Below, in pieces: positions 19,624 to 29,440 of a DNA stretch of 64,000 bases (the first letter of the stretch is position 1; every line of letters starts with the position of its first letter). Below the pieces are notes generated by a model that searched no databases, was not told where the DNA came from, and worked only from the letters and a program-made list of their open reading frames with translations. Position numbers and translations under genes: made by a program. The stretch comes from Candidatus Shapirobacteria bacterium (GTDB lineage Bacteria > Patescibacteriota > Microgenomatia > UBA12405), in NCBI GenBank assembly GCA_041659325.1, contig JBAZYN010000001.1, positions 430,819 through 494,818 on the forward strand. Direction: 5' to 3'.

Positions 19624-19965
19624 ATGAGAGTTAAAACAGGCACAGTCCGCCACGCCGGACATAAAAAAATACTTCAGCAGGCAAAAGGGTTTTGGATGAC
19701 CCGTCACAAAAGGTTCAAAGTCGCCAAAGAAGCTGTTATGCACGCCGGCCAATATGCCTACGAGGGCCGTCGCATTAGAAAAAGAGACATTCGCCAGATT
19801 TGGATTGTCCGTATCAACGCCGCCCTCAAACCATTCGAGATCAGTTACTCCAAATTTATAAAATCTCTAAAAGACAAAAAGGTCGATCTCAATCGCAAAG
19901 TCCTCTCTGATCTTGCCACCAACAATTCGGACGCCTTCAAAGCCATCGTTACCTTTATCAAATAA
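19624..19965 (+). CDS. rplT: 50S ribosomal protein L20
   Basis: The L20 signature region (RAKRGYRNARSR-like HKKILQQAKGFWMTRHK). The ATG lies immediately after an R1 repeat copy whose AGAGGGA provides an SD-like sequence. Confidence 0.9.
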   Translation: MRVKTGTVRHAGHKKILQQAKGFWMTRHKRFKVAKEAVMHAGQYAYEGRRIRKRDIRQIWIVRINAALKPFEISYSKFIKSLKDKKVDLNRKVLSDLATNNSDAFKAIVTFIK

Positions 19966-19976
19966 GCACGGGGGCT

Positions 19977-20010
19977 ACTTTAATATTAAAGCTCCCTCCA
20001 CCGGGAGCTT
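19977..20010 (+). terminator. Rho-independent terminator of the infC-rpmI-rplT unit
   Basis: A GC hairpin AGCTCCC-TCCACC-GGGAGCT followed by TTTTTTAAT. Confidence 0.6.
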
Positions 20011-20041
20011 TTTTAATATAAAATAGACTATAAACTATCAA

Positions 20042-21049
20042 ATGAACCAAGATCTGATCAAAGTGTTGGCCGATTCCAGCACCAAAATTCTTGCCGCAAA
20101 TACCTCCGATGACCTCGAAAAAATTCGCATCGACCTCCTTGGCCGCCACGGCCTGATAAACCAGTTATTTTCTCAAATAAAAGTTGCCTCTGATCCCAAA
20201 CAATACGGTTTTGACCTTAACCATCTCAAAAAACAAATTGAGCAATTACTCTCACAAAAATCAGCCGATATACAGCCAATAATAAGCCCAACAAAGTTAG
20301 AAACCAAAGATTCAATTTTTGCCTTACCAAATGTCGGCCATCTTCATCCCATCACTCAAACCGAACGTCAGATAAACAACCTGTTTCGCAAGTTAGGTTT
20401 TTCTGTTTACGATGGTCCCGAAATAGAAACCGACGAATTTTGTTTTCAACGGCTTAACGTTCCGGCCGATCACCCCGCTCGGGAAATGCAAGACAGCATT
20501 TATATAAAAGAGCCGGATTATTTATTACGCACCCAAACCTCATCTATCGAAGCCCGGCTTTTATCATCCGAAAAACCACCCTTCAAAGCAGCTTTTCCGG
20601 GCAAAACCTATCGCAACGAAAAAGTTACCAAAAGTAACCACTTTATCTTTCACCAATACCAGGGAGTTGCCGTGGACAGGCATATAACCCTAAAAGATCT
20701 TATCGGTACTTTTGACCTCCTGTTCAAAGAGCTATATGGACCCGATGTCAAAGTTCGCTATCGGTGCAAATACTATCCCGAGGTAGAACCTGGTATGGGG
20801 CTAGATCTCCAGTGTTTCAACTGCCACGGTACCGGCTGTCCTATCTGCAAAGGCGCCGGTTGGATGGAAATGGGCGGATCCGGCATCATCCACCCCAAAG
20901 TTCTCCAAATGGCCGGCATTGACCCCAAAGAGTGGCGCGGGTTTGCCTTCGGTCTTGGTCTCGACCGTTGGGTTATGGCCAAATTCAATATCAAGGACAT
21001 CCGCACCCTGCTAGGCGGCAATCTTGCCTACAAACCAAACGAACTATGA
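20042..21049 (+). CDS. pheS: Phenylalanine--tRNA ligase alpha subunit
   Basis: Class II motifs (FPGKTYRNE, GFAFGLGLDR). It also carries an unusual 4-Cys insert, CFNCHGTGCPICKG. Confidence 0.9.
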   Translation: MNQDLIKVLADSSTKILAANTSDDLEKIRIDLLGRHGLINQLFSQIKVASDPKQYGFDLNHLKKQIEQLLSQKSADIQPIISPTKLETKDSIFALPNVGHLHPITQTERQINNLFRKLGFSVYDGPEIETDEFCFQRLNVPADHPAREMQDSIYIKEPDYLLRTQTSSIEARLLSSEKPPFKAAFPGKTYRNEKVTKSNHFIFHQYQGVAVDRHITLKDLIGTFDLLFKELYGPDVKVRYRCKYYPEVEPGMGLDLQCFNCHGTGCPICKGAGWMEMGGSGIIHPKVLQMAGIDPKEWRGFAFGLGLDRWVMAKFNIKDIRTLLGGNLAYKPNEL

Positions 21050-22878
21050 AACTAATTATTTCTGAGTTAAAAAAACTATTACCAAATTTATCCGTAGATC
21101 CGGAAACCCTACGCGACGATTTAACCATGTTGGGCCATTTTGCCTCCGGATTGAAAAAAATTGATGGCGAAATCGTCTTTGATCTGGAAATCCGCCAAAA
21201 CCGAGCCGATTGTCTCGGCTACTACGGCCTCGCTCTCGACCTATCCGTTTTTTATAATATTAATCTAATTTTACCAACACATCCAGTTTTACAGATTACA
21301 GACCTGCCCGCCAGTCAGGCGGGTTACCGATTACCAATTACCATAAACTCCCCCGATGTTAAGAGAATTCAGGCCATCAAAATCTCCGATCTAAAAATTG
21401 CCCCTTCACCAAATTGGTTAATTAAGTTTCTCACTCTTCACGACATCAATCCCATCAACAACCTCGTTGACCTCACCAACTACGCCATGTTGGTTTATGG
21501 CATCCCTTGTCATGCTTTCGATACGGCCAAGACCACCGATAATTTGATTTGGGAAAACAATTCAAAATACAAAAGTCTTGTTTCCCTCGACGGCACTACT
21601 CTGGCATTAAAAGATAACCTCATTATTAGCAATCCCCATGAATGTCTGTCTTTGGGGTTTATTGGAGGTAAGAATTCGGGCATCGAAAATTCAACGGGCG
21701 ATACTATTTTAGAAATGGCCATTTACAACCCCACCCGTATCCGCGCCGATTCCCGTAACTTAAAAACAATTACCGAGGCATCCATTCGTCTTGATAAGTT
21801 TTTAGACACCGAAACCATACCTCAAGCTTTCGCTTTTTTAGTGGACAATGTTTTAAAAATTTGCGGTGGCACTGTTTCTAGCCAATTATTTGAACAATAC
21901 CCCCAAAAACCCAGTCCCATTTTTATCCCTTTTGATCCGTCCAAACCATCCCAATACGCCGGTATAAATATCCCTGTTAATTTTTCGGTTGATATATTAA
22001 CCCGTCTTGGCTGCAAAATTAATGCAAATTTAGTCACTCCGCCGTCTCTCCGAAAAGATATCACCATCGAAGAAGATCTGATCGAAGAAGTCATCCGATT
22101 TTACGGCTACAACAAAATCCCCCTTGATACCCCAATCTCTGCCAATCCTCTAGCGGATATCACCCCAAAAATTCTGCATTTAATCGAATCACTCAAAGAC
22201 AGTTTGGTTTCCCTTGGCTACGACGAAGTCCGTTCCTGGCCTCTCGTTCAAAAACCATTATCCCGAAACGCAATTTATACCCAAAATTCCATAAATTCTG
22301 AATACCCGGTTTTAAGGGAATCAATTGTTCAATCCCTCAAAAACCAACTGGACCAGTTCAATCGATACAAATTACCCCAACCCCGCTTTTTCGAAATCGG
22401 CAAAATATATTATCAACAAGACAAAGAGTACCGCGAAAAATACGCTCTTGGTATTTCCAGTCACGATTCCGACAAGCTGATTTCCGACATCGAAAGCATA
22501 TTTCAAAAAAAGTTTTCCACTTTTAACTCCCAAAAAATGCAAAACCAACTTTTTGTTGAAATTATTCTCGACGATCTAGAAAAACCAATAGCTTATCTCC
22601 CAAAAAACACCACCAATACCGCCATCGAGCTCACTTCTCAGATTATTACTCTCGACGCCAACGTTACATTTGATTCTCGACAGGATCCCATTTCTCTAAT
22701 CCGGCAATACACCAAAACTATTGGTCCTCAATATCTTTGGCAAATTATCGTCACCGACGAATACCAGGACCAACCGACGGGCAAATATCGTTACACTTTT
22801 CGTGTCTCCTATTACAACTGCGACGACAAAACCGCCAAACAGCTCCATCTCAAATCTTTCGACCTGATCAAAATTTAA
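21046..22878 (+). CDS. pheT: Phenylalanine--tRNA ligase beta subunit (short form)
   Basis: The B3/B4 and B5 domains and a C-terminal FDX-ACB-like domain. Its ATG overlaps the pheS TGA (ATGA). Confidence 0.85.
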   Translation: MKLIISELKKLLPNLSVDPETLRDDLTMLGHFASGLKKIDGEIVFDLEIRQNRADCLGYYGLALDLSVFYNINLILPTHPVLQITDLPASQAGYRLPITINSPDVKRIQAIKISDLKIAPSPNWLIKFLTLHDINPINNLVDLTNYAMLVYGIPCHAFDTAKTTDNLIWENNSKYKSLVSLDGTTLALKDNLIISNPHECLSLGFIGGKNSGIENSTGDTILEMAIYNPTRIRADSRNLKTITEASIRLDKFLDTETIPQAFAFLVDNVLKICGGTVSSQLFEQYPQKPSPIFIPFDPSKPSQYAGINIPVNFSVDILTRLGCKINANLVTPPSLRKDITIEEDLIEEVIRFYGYNKIPLDTPISANPLADITPKILHLIESLKDSLVSLGYDEVRSWPLVQKPLSRNAIYTQNSINSEYPVLRESIVQSLKNQLDQFNRYKLPQPRFFEIGKIYYQQDKEYREKYALGISSHDSDKLISDIESIFQKKFSTFNSQKMQNQLFVEIILDDLEKPIAYLPKNTTNTAIELTSQIITLDANVTFDSRQDPISLIRQYTKTIGPQYLWQIIVTDEYQDQPTGKYRYTFRVSYYNCDDKTAKQLHLKSFDLIKI

Positions 22879-22953
22879 AGTCAAAACTCCCCGTCAAATG
22901 ACAAGCTATATTCTCCCTTGTCAAAGGGAGAAACCCCGAAAAGGGGAGAGGGA

Positions 22954-25626
22954 TTATAAACCGGTCGTTCCCACAGTTGGTACCACCGTTGGCACAATAG
23001 TCACCGTCGCCATCATTGTTGGTGTCGGAATAGTTACCGTTGGTGTTGCTGTTGGTGGCACGGGGGTAATTGTAGCAGTAGGGGAGGGGCTCCAATTCCA
23101 GGGCAAATTTACACCGATACTTACGTCAGCCACCCCGAAGCTTCCGTCTTTATCAACCGCCTTAACCTTAATTTTATAAAGCCCATCTTTTAAACTAACC
23201 TTGGTTTCATATGGCTTCTCAGTCCACACTTTCTTTTCCTCATCGTTAATCCACATTTTGACCTCAACAATCTTTTTCAGAGATGAGGTGTGAACCTTCA
23301 CCTCAAAATCATTCCCCACTGTCGTTTCATGGTACGGATTATCAAATCCGATACTCACCATCCCGTCAGTCCGACAATAGTCTTCCGGGGGGTTATATTT
23401 ATTTTTATCAGCTTGTTGACCAATCCACTCGTCTATTCCTTCCTGCCACCTATTTCTCCCATCTTTCGAAACAGGATCTTCTTCGGCCAATTTTATATAT
23501 TCCTTTTCTTCGTAATTATTCGAGGCGATATCCTGAGGCGTCGCCAACCCCGCCTTGTCACCCTTACACACTCTCAGCTTCATATGAATCGGATCCGAAA
23601 TTTTCGGCTGCGTTCCGTCAATAAAATATTCTGTCCTGGAGGGAAAACCGTCATGTGCCGGATATCCGGACAATCTGTCAACTTCCGCCGACACAATCCT
23701 GTCCGGGATGGGAAAATCCTGTTTTGGTCGTGTTGGAACTATCAAAAGCATAATCCTTTTCCAGATGGGGCTAGCTCCGGAAACACCCGAAGCCACTTTC
23801 AGCATTTGGCTGTTATCGTTGTTTCCCACCCAAGTGGCCACCAACAAGTTCGGTGTCCAGCCGATCGCCCAGTTATCACGTTTATCATTAGTCGTTCCGG
23901 TCTTTACCGCCACCTGATAATTTGGAATTATCAGCCCATTTACCGCCCCAAAAGTTATTTCTCTTGCAGAATTATCAGACAAAATATTGGATATAATAAA
24001 TGCCTCTTGCGGCGTCATTACCCTTTTGGAATCAATCTGTCGAAACTCCTCCATCACCCGACCGTTGCTATCCTCCACCCTAAGCACCCCCGTCAGCTCT
24101 TTTTTCCATCCCGTATTGGCAAACGAGCTATAAGCCGCCGCCAATTCAATCATCCGTACTTCCGCCCCACCCAAAGTCACCGCCAGTCCATATCTTGACA
24201 GATTTTCTTTTGTCGGTTCCAAAGTTGTCAAACCCATCTCAAACGCCTGCTGCAGCATCTTCTCCAGTCCCACATTGGCAAGCATTTTGACCGCTGTCGT
24301 GTTTATAGAATTGCCCAGGGCATTTCGCAAAGAGATCGGCCCCAAAAATTTACCGGTATAGTTCTGTGGTTTATAATCTTTCTGTCCCTGCGTACCGGCA
24401 AAAGTTACTGGCGTATCCATAATCAAACTCCCGGCCGTCCACCCCTTTTTAATTGCCGTCAGATAGGTAACCGGTTTAATAGCCGATCCGGGCTGCCTTA
24501 GTCCCTGTGTCACTACATTAAAATTACCGTCTGTTTTATCCGAATTGTACCCCCTCGACCCCACCATCGCCAAAACCTGTCCGGTCACCGGATCAACCAC
24601 CAGAGCCGCCCCGTTACTTATACCCATTTTTTCCGCTTTATCAATTTCCTCCGCCACTATCTTTTGCACTTCGTCCTGCAGCTTCAAATCAAGTGTGGTA
24701 GTAATTTTCAAGCCTCCGCCTTCAACCACATCCTCGCCGTACTTTTTTGCCAATTCCTCTTTAACCCAAAAGATAAAATGGGGCGAGACAATCTGGCTCG
24801 AGTTATCAAAAAACTTATAATCCACAGATTGCTTTATCGCCTCATTGTACTGATCCGTGTTTATGTATTCGTCCTGCAGCATTCGATCCAAAACATGTTT
24901 AGTTCTGGCCACATAGGCCTTGGGCGTCGTCGAAAAAGGACTGTACACACTCGGTCTTTGGGGTAATCCTGCCAAAATCGCGCTTTCCACCAGATTCAAT
25001 TCAGACACCGGCTTGCCAAAATACTGTTCGGATGCCGTTCCCACCCCCCAGGCTGTACCACCATATGGAGCCTCGTTCAGATACATCAAAAGTATCTCGT
25101 CCTTCTTGTATTTGGCCTCAATCTGCATCGCCAAAATCAATTCTTTAATCTTCCGCGTTACGCTCCGCTCCGAAGTCAACAAAACATTTTTAACCAGTTG
25201 CTGAGTTAAAGTCGATCCTCCGGTTAAATGGCCCAGCACAAAATAGTTTTTTACGATTCGAAAAGGGGTTAGCGGGTCAAAACCCTTATGGCTATAAAAT
25301 TCCTTATCCTCCACTGCTACGGTCGCTTTTTTCAAATAATCTGGTATCTCTTCCCACACGATAGGTGTTCTTTTAATATCCTTGTAGACATCATACAAAA
25401 GCTCCCCGTTTCGGTCAAAGATTTTACTGGAAAATCCCTCCCTTCTGACTACTTTGGACGGTGTCGGCAAATCCTTGGCATACCAGGCAAACAGCACAAA
25501 AATTCCTACAAACCCCGCCAAAATCATCACCAACGCAAAAACAAAAAATCCCATCAACAATCGACGCCTATCGATTTTCGGTCTCTTTTTTAACATATCG
25601 CAAATCTTTCTTCTTATTTTATCCAC
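22954..25626 (-). CDS. Class A penicillin-binding protein (PBP1A-type glycosyltransferase/transpeptidase) with long C-terminal extension
   Basis: GT51 motifs (EDKEFYSHKGFD, GGSTLTQQ), transpeptidase motifs SAIKP, SxN and KTGT, and a C-terminal Pro/Thr-rich tail. Confidence 0.9.
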   Translation of the reverse strand: MDKIRRKICDMLKKRPKIDRRRLLMGFFVFALVMILAGFVGIFVLFAWYAKDLPTPSKVVRREGFSSKIFDRNGELLYDVYKDIKRTPIVWEEIPDYLKKATVAVEDKEFYSHKGFDPLTPFRIVKNYFVLGHLTGGSTLTQQLVKNVLLTSERSVTRKIKELILAMQIEAKYKKDEILLMYLNEAPYGGTAWGVGTASEQYFGKPVSELNLVESAILAGLPQRPSVYSPFSTTPKAYVARTKHVLDRMLQDEYINTDQYNEAIKQSVDYKFFDNSSQIVSPHFIFWVKEELAKKYGEDVVEGGGLKITTTLDLKLQDEVQKIVAEEIDKAEKMGISNGAALVVDPVTGQVLAMVGSRGYNSDKTDGNFNVVTQGLRQPGSAIKPVTYLTAIKKGWTAGSLIMDTPVTFAGTQGQKDYKPQNYTGKFLGPISLRNALGNSINTTAVKMLANVGLEKMLQQAFEMGLTTLEPTKENLSRYGLAVTLGGAEVRMIELAAAYSSFANTGWKKELTGVLRVEDSNGRVMEEFRQIDSKRVMTPQEAFIISNILSDNSAREITFGAVNGLIIPNYQVAVKTGTTNDKRDNWAIGWTPNLLVATWVGNNDNSQMLKVASGVSGASPIWKRIMLLIVPTRPKQDFPIPDRIVSAEVDRLSGYPAHDGFPSRTEYFIDGTQPKISDPIHMKLRVCKGDKAGLATPQDIASNNYEEKEYIKLAEEDPVSKDGRNRWQEGIDEWIGQQADKNKYNPPEDYCRTDGMVSIGFDNPYHETTVGNDFEVKVHTSSLKKIVEVKMWINDEEKKVWTEKPYETKVSLKDGLYKIKVKAVDKDGSFGVADVSIGVNLPWNWSPSPTATITPVPPTATPTVTIPTPTMMATVTIVPTVVPTVGTTGL

Positions 25627-25738
25627 ACACTTAAAAAGGGAACCATCCCGGATAATAATAATATCACCATTGCAAAAACCAATACAGCTTTCTTAATGGT
25701 TTTAGCCTTTACTTTCATAAGCAATGATAACATAGCAT

Positions 25739-27745
25739 ATGAATTCTCTGTCCGAAATCCCGCTTCTGGGCCCAAAGACCATCGAGAAACTAAAAAAACT
25801 AAATATCCACACCCCCGCAGATCTGATCAATCACTTTCCAGTTAGATATATAGACTTTTCAAAAATTACCAAAATTTCGGATTTAGAGCTAGACTCTAGC
25901 TCAACTGTTACCGGAAAAATAATTAGTTTTCAAAATATTTATACCCGCTATGGGAAAAATATCCAAAAGGCAGTCGTAGCCGATCAAAGCGGCCAAATCA
26001 ATCTAATCTGGTTTAACCAACCCTACCTTTCAAAAAACCTGCCCATCGGCCAAACTTTTAGTTTCGCCGGCACGGTTTCTCTTTTCCAAAACAAAAAAAC
26101 CATAATAAGTCCGGAATACGGAGCTTACAATACCGGCAAAATTATCGCTGTTTATCCCGAAACCAAAGGTCTGTCGTCAAAATGGTTTCGCAAAATTATT
26201 CAAACCAATATTCTCTCGCTATCCGCCAATATAACCGAAAATTTACCCGCCTTGATCTTAAAAAAATTCCACCTTGTAGATAAAAAACAAGCTTACCTCC
26301 AAATCCACATTCCCTCAGGCGTTGCCCATCTCAACCTGGCCCGAAACCGTCTGGCCGTCGACGAGATTCTCTCTCTGCAAGCGCTCTCTTACTTGAAAAA
26401 ACAAAAATGGTTAACCTATCGGCCCAAAAAGATATTTAAATTATCCAAGATTTTTGACTCCCAAATCACTGACTTTATAAAAACTCTGCCCTTCAAACTC
26501 ACCAAAACTCAGGAAATTGCCTGGGAGGAAATAAGAGGGGACTTAACTTCAAAAACCGCCCCCACTAATCGTTTACTTCAGGGCGACGTCGGCTCCGGAA
26601 AAACTATTGTTGCCATGCTTTCCTGTATTTTAGCCTCTCAAAACAAAAGCGTTTCTCTTTTAATTGCCCCCACCGAGATTCTAGCCAAACAGCATTTTGA
26701 CAATTTTTGCCAATTATTAAATCACCAAAAAATCCCCGTCTATCTTCTTACCGCCCATTCAAAAATCGACCTCAAAAAAATTGAAAATAATTCCGTTCTC
26801 GTTGCCACTCACGCCGCCATCTTCAAAAAATCCGAGTTAAAAAGAAAGATAGGGTTACTCATAATCGACGAACAACACAAATTTGGTGTCGAACAAAGAT
26901 CCTTCCTCTCTTCTTCTTCCAATCCTCCTCATTGTCTCACCATGACTGCCACCCCAATCCCTCGGACCATCAGTCTGACTCTTTTAGGAAATCTTGATCT
27001 CTCGCTTCTCGACAGTCTCCCCCAAAACAGGCTAAAAATAAAAACCTTCCTCGTCCCCAAAGCCAAATCAGTCGACTGTTATCACTGGATTAAAAAAACG
27101 GTTCAAACTACCCATCAACAGGTTTTTTATGTCTGTCCTTTTATCGAACCCTCAGAAACTCTCTCCACCGTCAAATCAGCCATCCACGAGTTTGATCACC
27201 TCAAAAATACTGTCTTTCCCGACCTGAAACTCGATCTGATTCATGGCAAAATGAAAACTCCCGACCGGGAAAAAATCATCAATAAATTTCGGGAAAACAA
27301 AACCAACATTCTCGTCACTACTCCGATCATCGAGGTAGGAATAGATATTCCAAACGCCTCTGTCATCGTCATCCAATCGGCCGACAGATTCGGCCTGGCC
27401 CAACTTCATCAGCTTCGTGGCCGTGTCGGCCGAAGTTCAAATCAAAGTTACTGCTATCTGTTTACCGAGTCAGACAACGAAAAAGCAATTAAGCGCCTAA
27501 ACTATCTTGCCGAAAACCACCACGGCCAAAAAATTGCCGAATATGACCTTAGTCTCCGGGGTCCGGGTGAAGTCTTTTCCACTCTCCAACACGGCTTCCC
27601 CTCACTAAAAATCGCCTCATTTTCCAATGCTTCCCTCATCAACCAATGTCAACAGATTCTCAAATACATTCTCGATACAACTCCTGCCTTTGACTTACAT
27701 CAGTTAGTCAATCACACCTTTTTCAACGATTCTCTCTCCTCATAG
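25739..27745 (+). CDS. recG: ATP-dependent DNA helicase RecG
   Basis: An N-terminal wedge domain, helicase motifs I (GDVGSGKT) and II (DEQH), and the TRG motif region. Confidence 0.85.
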   Translation: MNSLSEIPLLGPKTIEKLKKLNIHTPADLINHFPVRYIDFSKITKISDLELDSSSTVTGKIISFQNIYTRYGKNIQKAVVADQSGQINLIWFNQPYLSKNLPIGQTFSFAGTVSLFQNKKTIISPEYGAYNTGKIIAVYPETKGLSSKWFRKIIQTNILSLSANITENLPALILKKFHLVDKKQAYLQIHIPSGVAHLNLARNRLAVDEILSLQALSYLKKQKWLTYRPKKIFKLSKIFDSQITDFIKTLPFKLTKTQEIAWEEIRGDLTSKTAPTNRLLQGDVGSGKTIVAMLSCILASQNKSVSLLIAPTEILAKQHFDNFCQLLNHQKIPVYLLTAHSKIDLKKIENNSVLVATHAAIFKKSELKRKIGLLIIDEQHKFGVEQRSFLSSSSNPPHCLTMTATPIPRTISLTLLGNLDLSLLDSLPQNRLKIKTFLVPKAKSVDCYHWIKKTVQTTHQQVFYVCPFIEPSETLSTVKSAIHEFDHLKNTVFPDLKLDLIHGKMKTPDREKIINKFRENKTNILVTTPIIEVGIDIPNASVIVIQSADRFGLAQLHQLRGRVGRSSNQSYCYLFTESDNEKAIKRLNYLAENHHGQKIAEYDLSLRGPGEVFSTLQHGFPSLKIASFSNASLINQCQQILKYILDTTPAFDLHQLVNHTFFNDSLSS

Positions 27746-27840
27746 AACTCTATTAAACTTGATTACTTTTTATTGTATTATGATATGGATAATATAAATA
27801 AATACTCTGTACAAATAGTGCTAAACATCTCATATATGTA

Positions 27841-27870
27841 TTGACCAAAAGGTATTTTACAGTGTATACT
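27841..27870 (+). promoter_or_regulatory. Sigma70-like promoter (TTGACC-18-TATACT)
   Basis: Near-consensus -35/-10 hexamers in an AT-rich spacer upstream of the NYN gene. Confidence 0.4.
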
Positions 27871-27892
27871 ATAGTCAATCAACGCTCCGGTC

Positions 27893-28561
27893 ATGCGAAA
27901 GCCCACCGGAGTTTTTTGTGTCATAATACACTCAATGAACAGTAATAAAGTAGCATTATTTATCGATGGAGAGAACCTAAGACACTATGTGGAGCAAGTT
28001 TTGCTAGATGGCGGCTTTAAAAAACACGAATTTTCTATCCTAAACATTGATTTTGAGAAAATGTTTAAAGGTGCTTTGAGTGGTTTAAACATAGTAACCA
28101 AAATATATTATTCTGCAAAACTTCAGGTCACACCCGAAACAGAAAAAACTTCCCGGTTGTTAGTCAACAAACAAAGATTTTTAAAAACAAGGTTAGAAAA
28201 ACAAAAGTATCAGTTTTTAATTGCCGGAAAAGTAAGGCCACAACTTATAGACGACGGCAACAAAAAGAAAATTGTATTCAAAGAAAAAGGTGTTGATGTT
28301 CGCATTGCAGTTGACCTAGTAAAAAGTGCGTTTGATCGTAATTTTAATACCGTTGTTTTGTGTAGTTCAGATTCTGATCTTCAACCGGCAATAAAAGAAG
28401 CCAGAAGTCGGGGGCTAGAAATTATTTACTTAGGATTCGAGTCAATGCCAAACAAGGGGTTAACCTTTACCACCAATAAAACAATTTTACTCAGGAGTTC
28501 TGAGATAATAAACGCCATCGACAAAACCACTCAGCTTGAAGCCTTTGATCTTCAAAAATAA
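27893..28561 (+). CDS. NYN-domain (LabA-like PIN-fold) protein
   Basis: Motifs VALFIDGENL, GVDVRIAVD and SSDSDL. The start could be at 27935 (MNSNKVALF). Confidence 0.7.
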   Translation: MRKPTGVFCVIIHSMNSNKVALFIDGENLRHYVEQVLLDGGFKKHEFSILNIDFEKMFKGALSGLNIVTKIYYSAKLQVTPETEKTSRLLVNKQRFLKTRLEKQKYQFLIAGKVRPQLIDDGNKKKIVFKEKGVDVRIAVDLVKSAFDRNFNTVVLCSSDSDLQPAIKEARSRGLEIIYLGFESMPNKGLTFTTNKTILLRSSEIINAIDKTTQLEAFDLQK

Positions 28562-28612
28562 TCTGTCAACTCTAATCTTGACATCCACTAGATGGGCTTA
28601 TAAAATACAGTT

Positions 28613-28822
28613 ATGTCACCAATAATAGAGATAAAACCGGACCCAGACCAAGGAGAGACATTCAAACCAATATCTGTCCCCGTTTCTCGGAAAACAGTAC
28701 CATCCATAGTAACCGCTTTATGCCTGGCACCGGCAATAGCAAATGATGATGCTTCTAAAGAACAAGTTAGGGAAGCTTTAGTGGATCTAGCTCGAGCGTT
28801 TCGAAGAACTTTTTCGCGATAA
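28613..28822 (+). CDS. Hypothetical small protein
   Basis: A 69-aa ORF between the NYN gene and rpmF. No recognisable motif. Confidence 0.25.
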   Translation: MSPIIEIKPDPDQGETFKPISVPVSRKTVPSIVTALCLAPAIANDDASKEQVREALVDLARAFRRTFSR

Positions 28823-28892
28823 CCATAGTTAGTTAATTGCCAGTCAACTTTCTACTTTCAACTTTCTACTTTCTACTCTATAATACCCCTAT

Positions 28893-29045
28893 ATGACAGC
28901 CTTACCTAAACATTGGCCATCCAGTCGCCGCCAGGGAAAAAGACGTGCCAGTCAAACCGGCCCAAAACTTCAAAAAACCGTTAGCTGCAAACACTGCGGC
29001 CAGCCAAAAATGGCCGGCTATCAATGCTCAAACTGTAAACAGTGA
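28893..29045 (+). CDS. rpmF: 50S ribosomal protein L32
   Basis: A 50-aa protein, MTALPKHWPSSRRQGKRRASQ...CKHCGQ...CSNCKQ, with a basic N-terminus and a Cys4 zinc ribbon. The ORF track missed it because it is under 60 aa. Confidence 0.75.
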   Translation: MTALPKHWPSSRRQGKRRASQTGPKLQKTVSCKHCGQPKMAGYQCSNCKQ

Positions 29046-29440
29046 AAAGTAAATTCGACCCCCGTCATATAAAAAGGATCAAAAACATGCAGGCGCTTTT
29101 TGCTCACGCCTGTAGAAACTCTGAACCGATCACCCAAGATACCGCCGACATTATTGCCCACCTCCCGGAAATCGATACCATAATCCAGGAAAATGCCCCC
29201 AAATGGTCAATCGACAAAATAAATCGAATCGATTTAAGTATCCTAAGATATGCTCTTTGGGAATTAATTTTTCAAAAAAAAGCCCCCCCAAAAGTCGCCA
29301 TCGATGAAGCCATCGAAATGGCAAAAGAATTTGGCACCGAAACCTCCTCCTCTTTCGTCAACGGAGTAATCGGTTCAGCTGCCAACAAATTGGGGCTACT
29401 GGAACAAAATGCCCCACAACCAGAACCAAAATCAGCTTGA
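29042..29440 (+). CDS. nusB: Transcription antitermination factor NusB
   Basis: The NusB fold signature (DLSILRYALWEL...FVNGV). It appears to start at GTG overlapping the rpmF stop. Confidence 0.75.
   Translation: MKSKFDPRHIKRIKNMQALFAHACRNSEPITQDTADIIAHLPEIDTIIQENAPKWSIDKINRIDLSILRYALWELIFQKKAPPKVAIDEAIEMAKEFGTETSSSFVNGVIGSAANKLGLLEQNAPQPEPKSA

Noticed and set aside
20932-21045. A 5' extension of pheT (ORF track start 20932)
   Set aside because: It overlaps pheS in another frame. The conserved PheT N-terminus starts at ATG 21046, which overlaps the pheS TGA.
21047-21049. Alternative genetic code (UGA recoding as in Gracilibacteria/SR1)
   Set aside because: TGA functions as a stop here: the pheS stop is overlapped by the pheT start, and many conserved proteins terminate at TGA at their expected C-termini.
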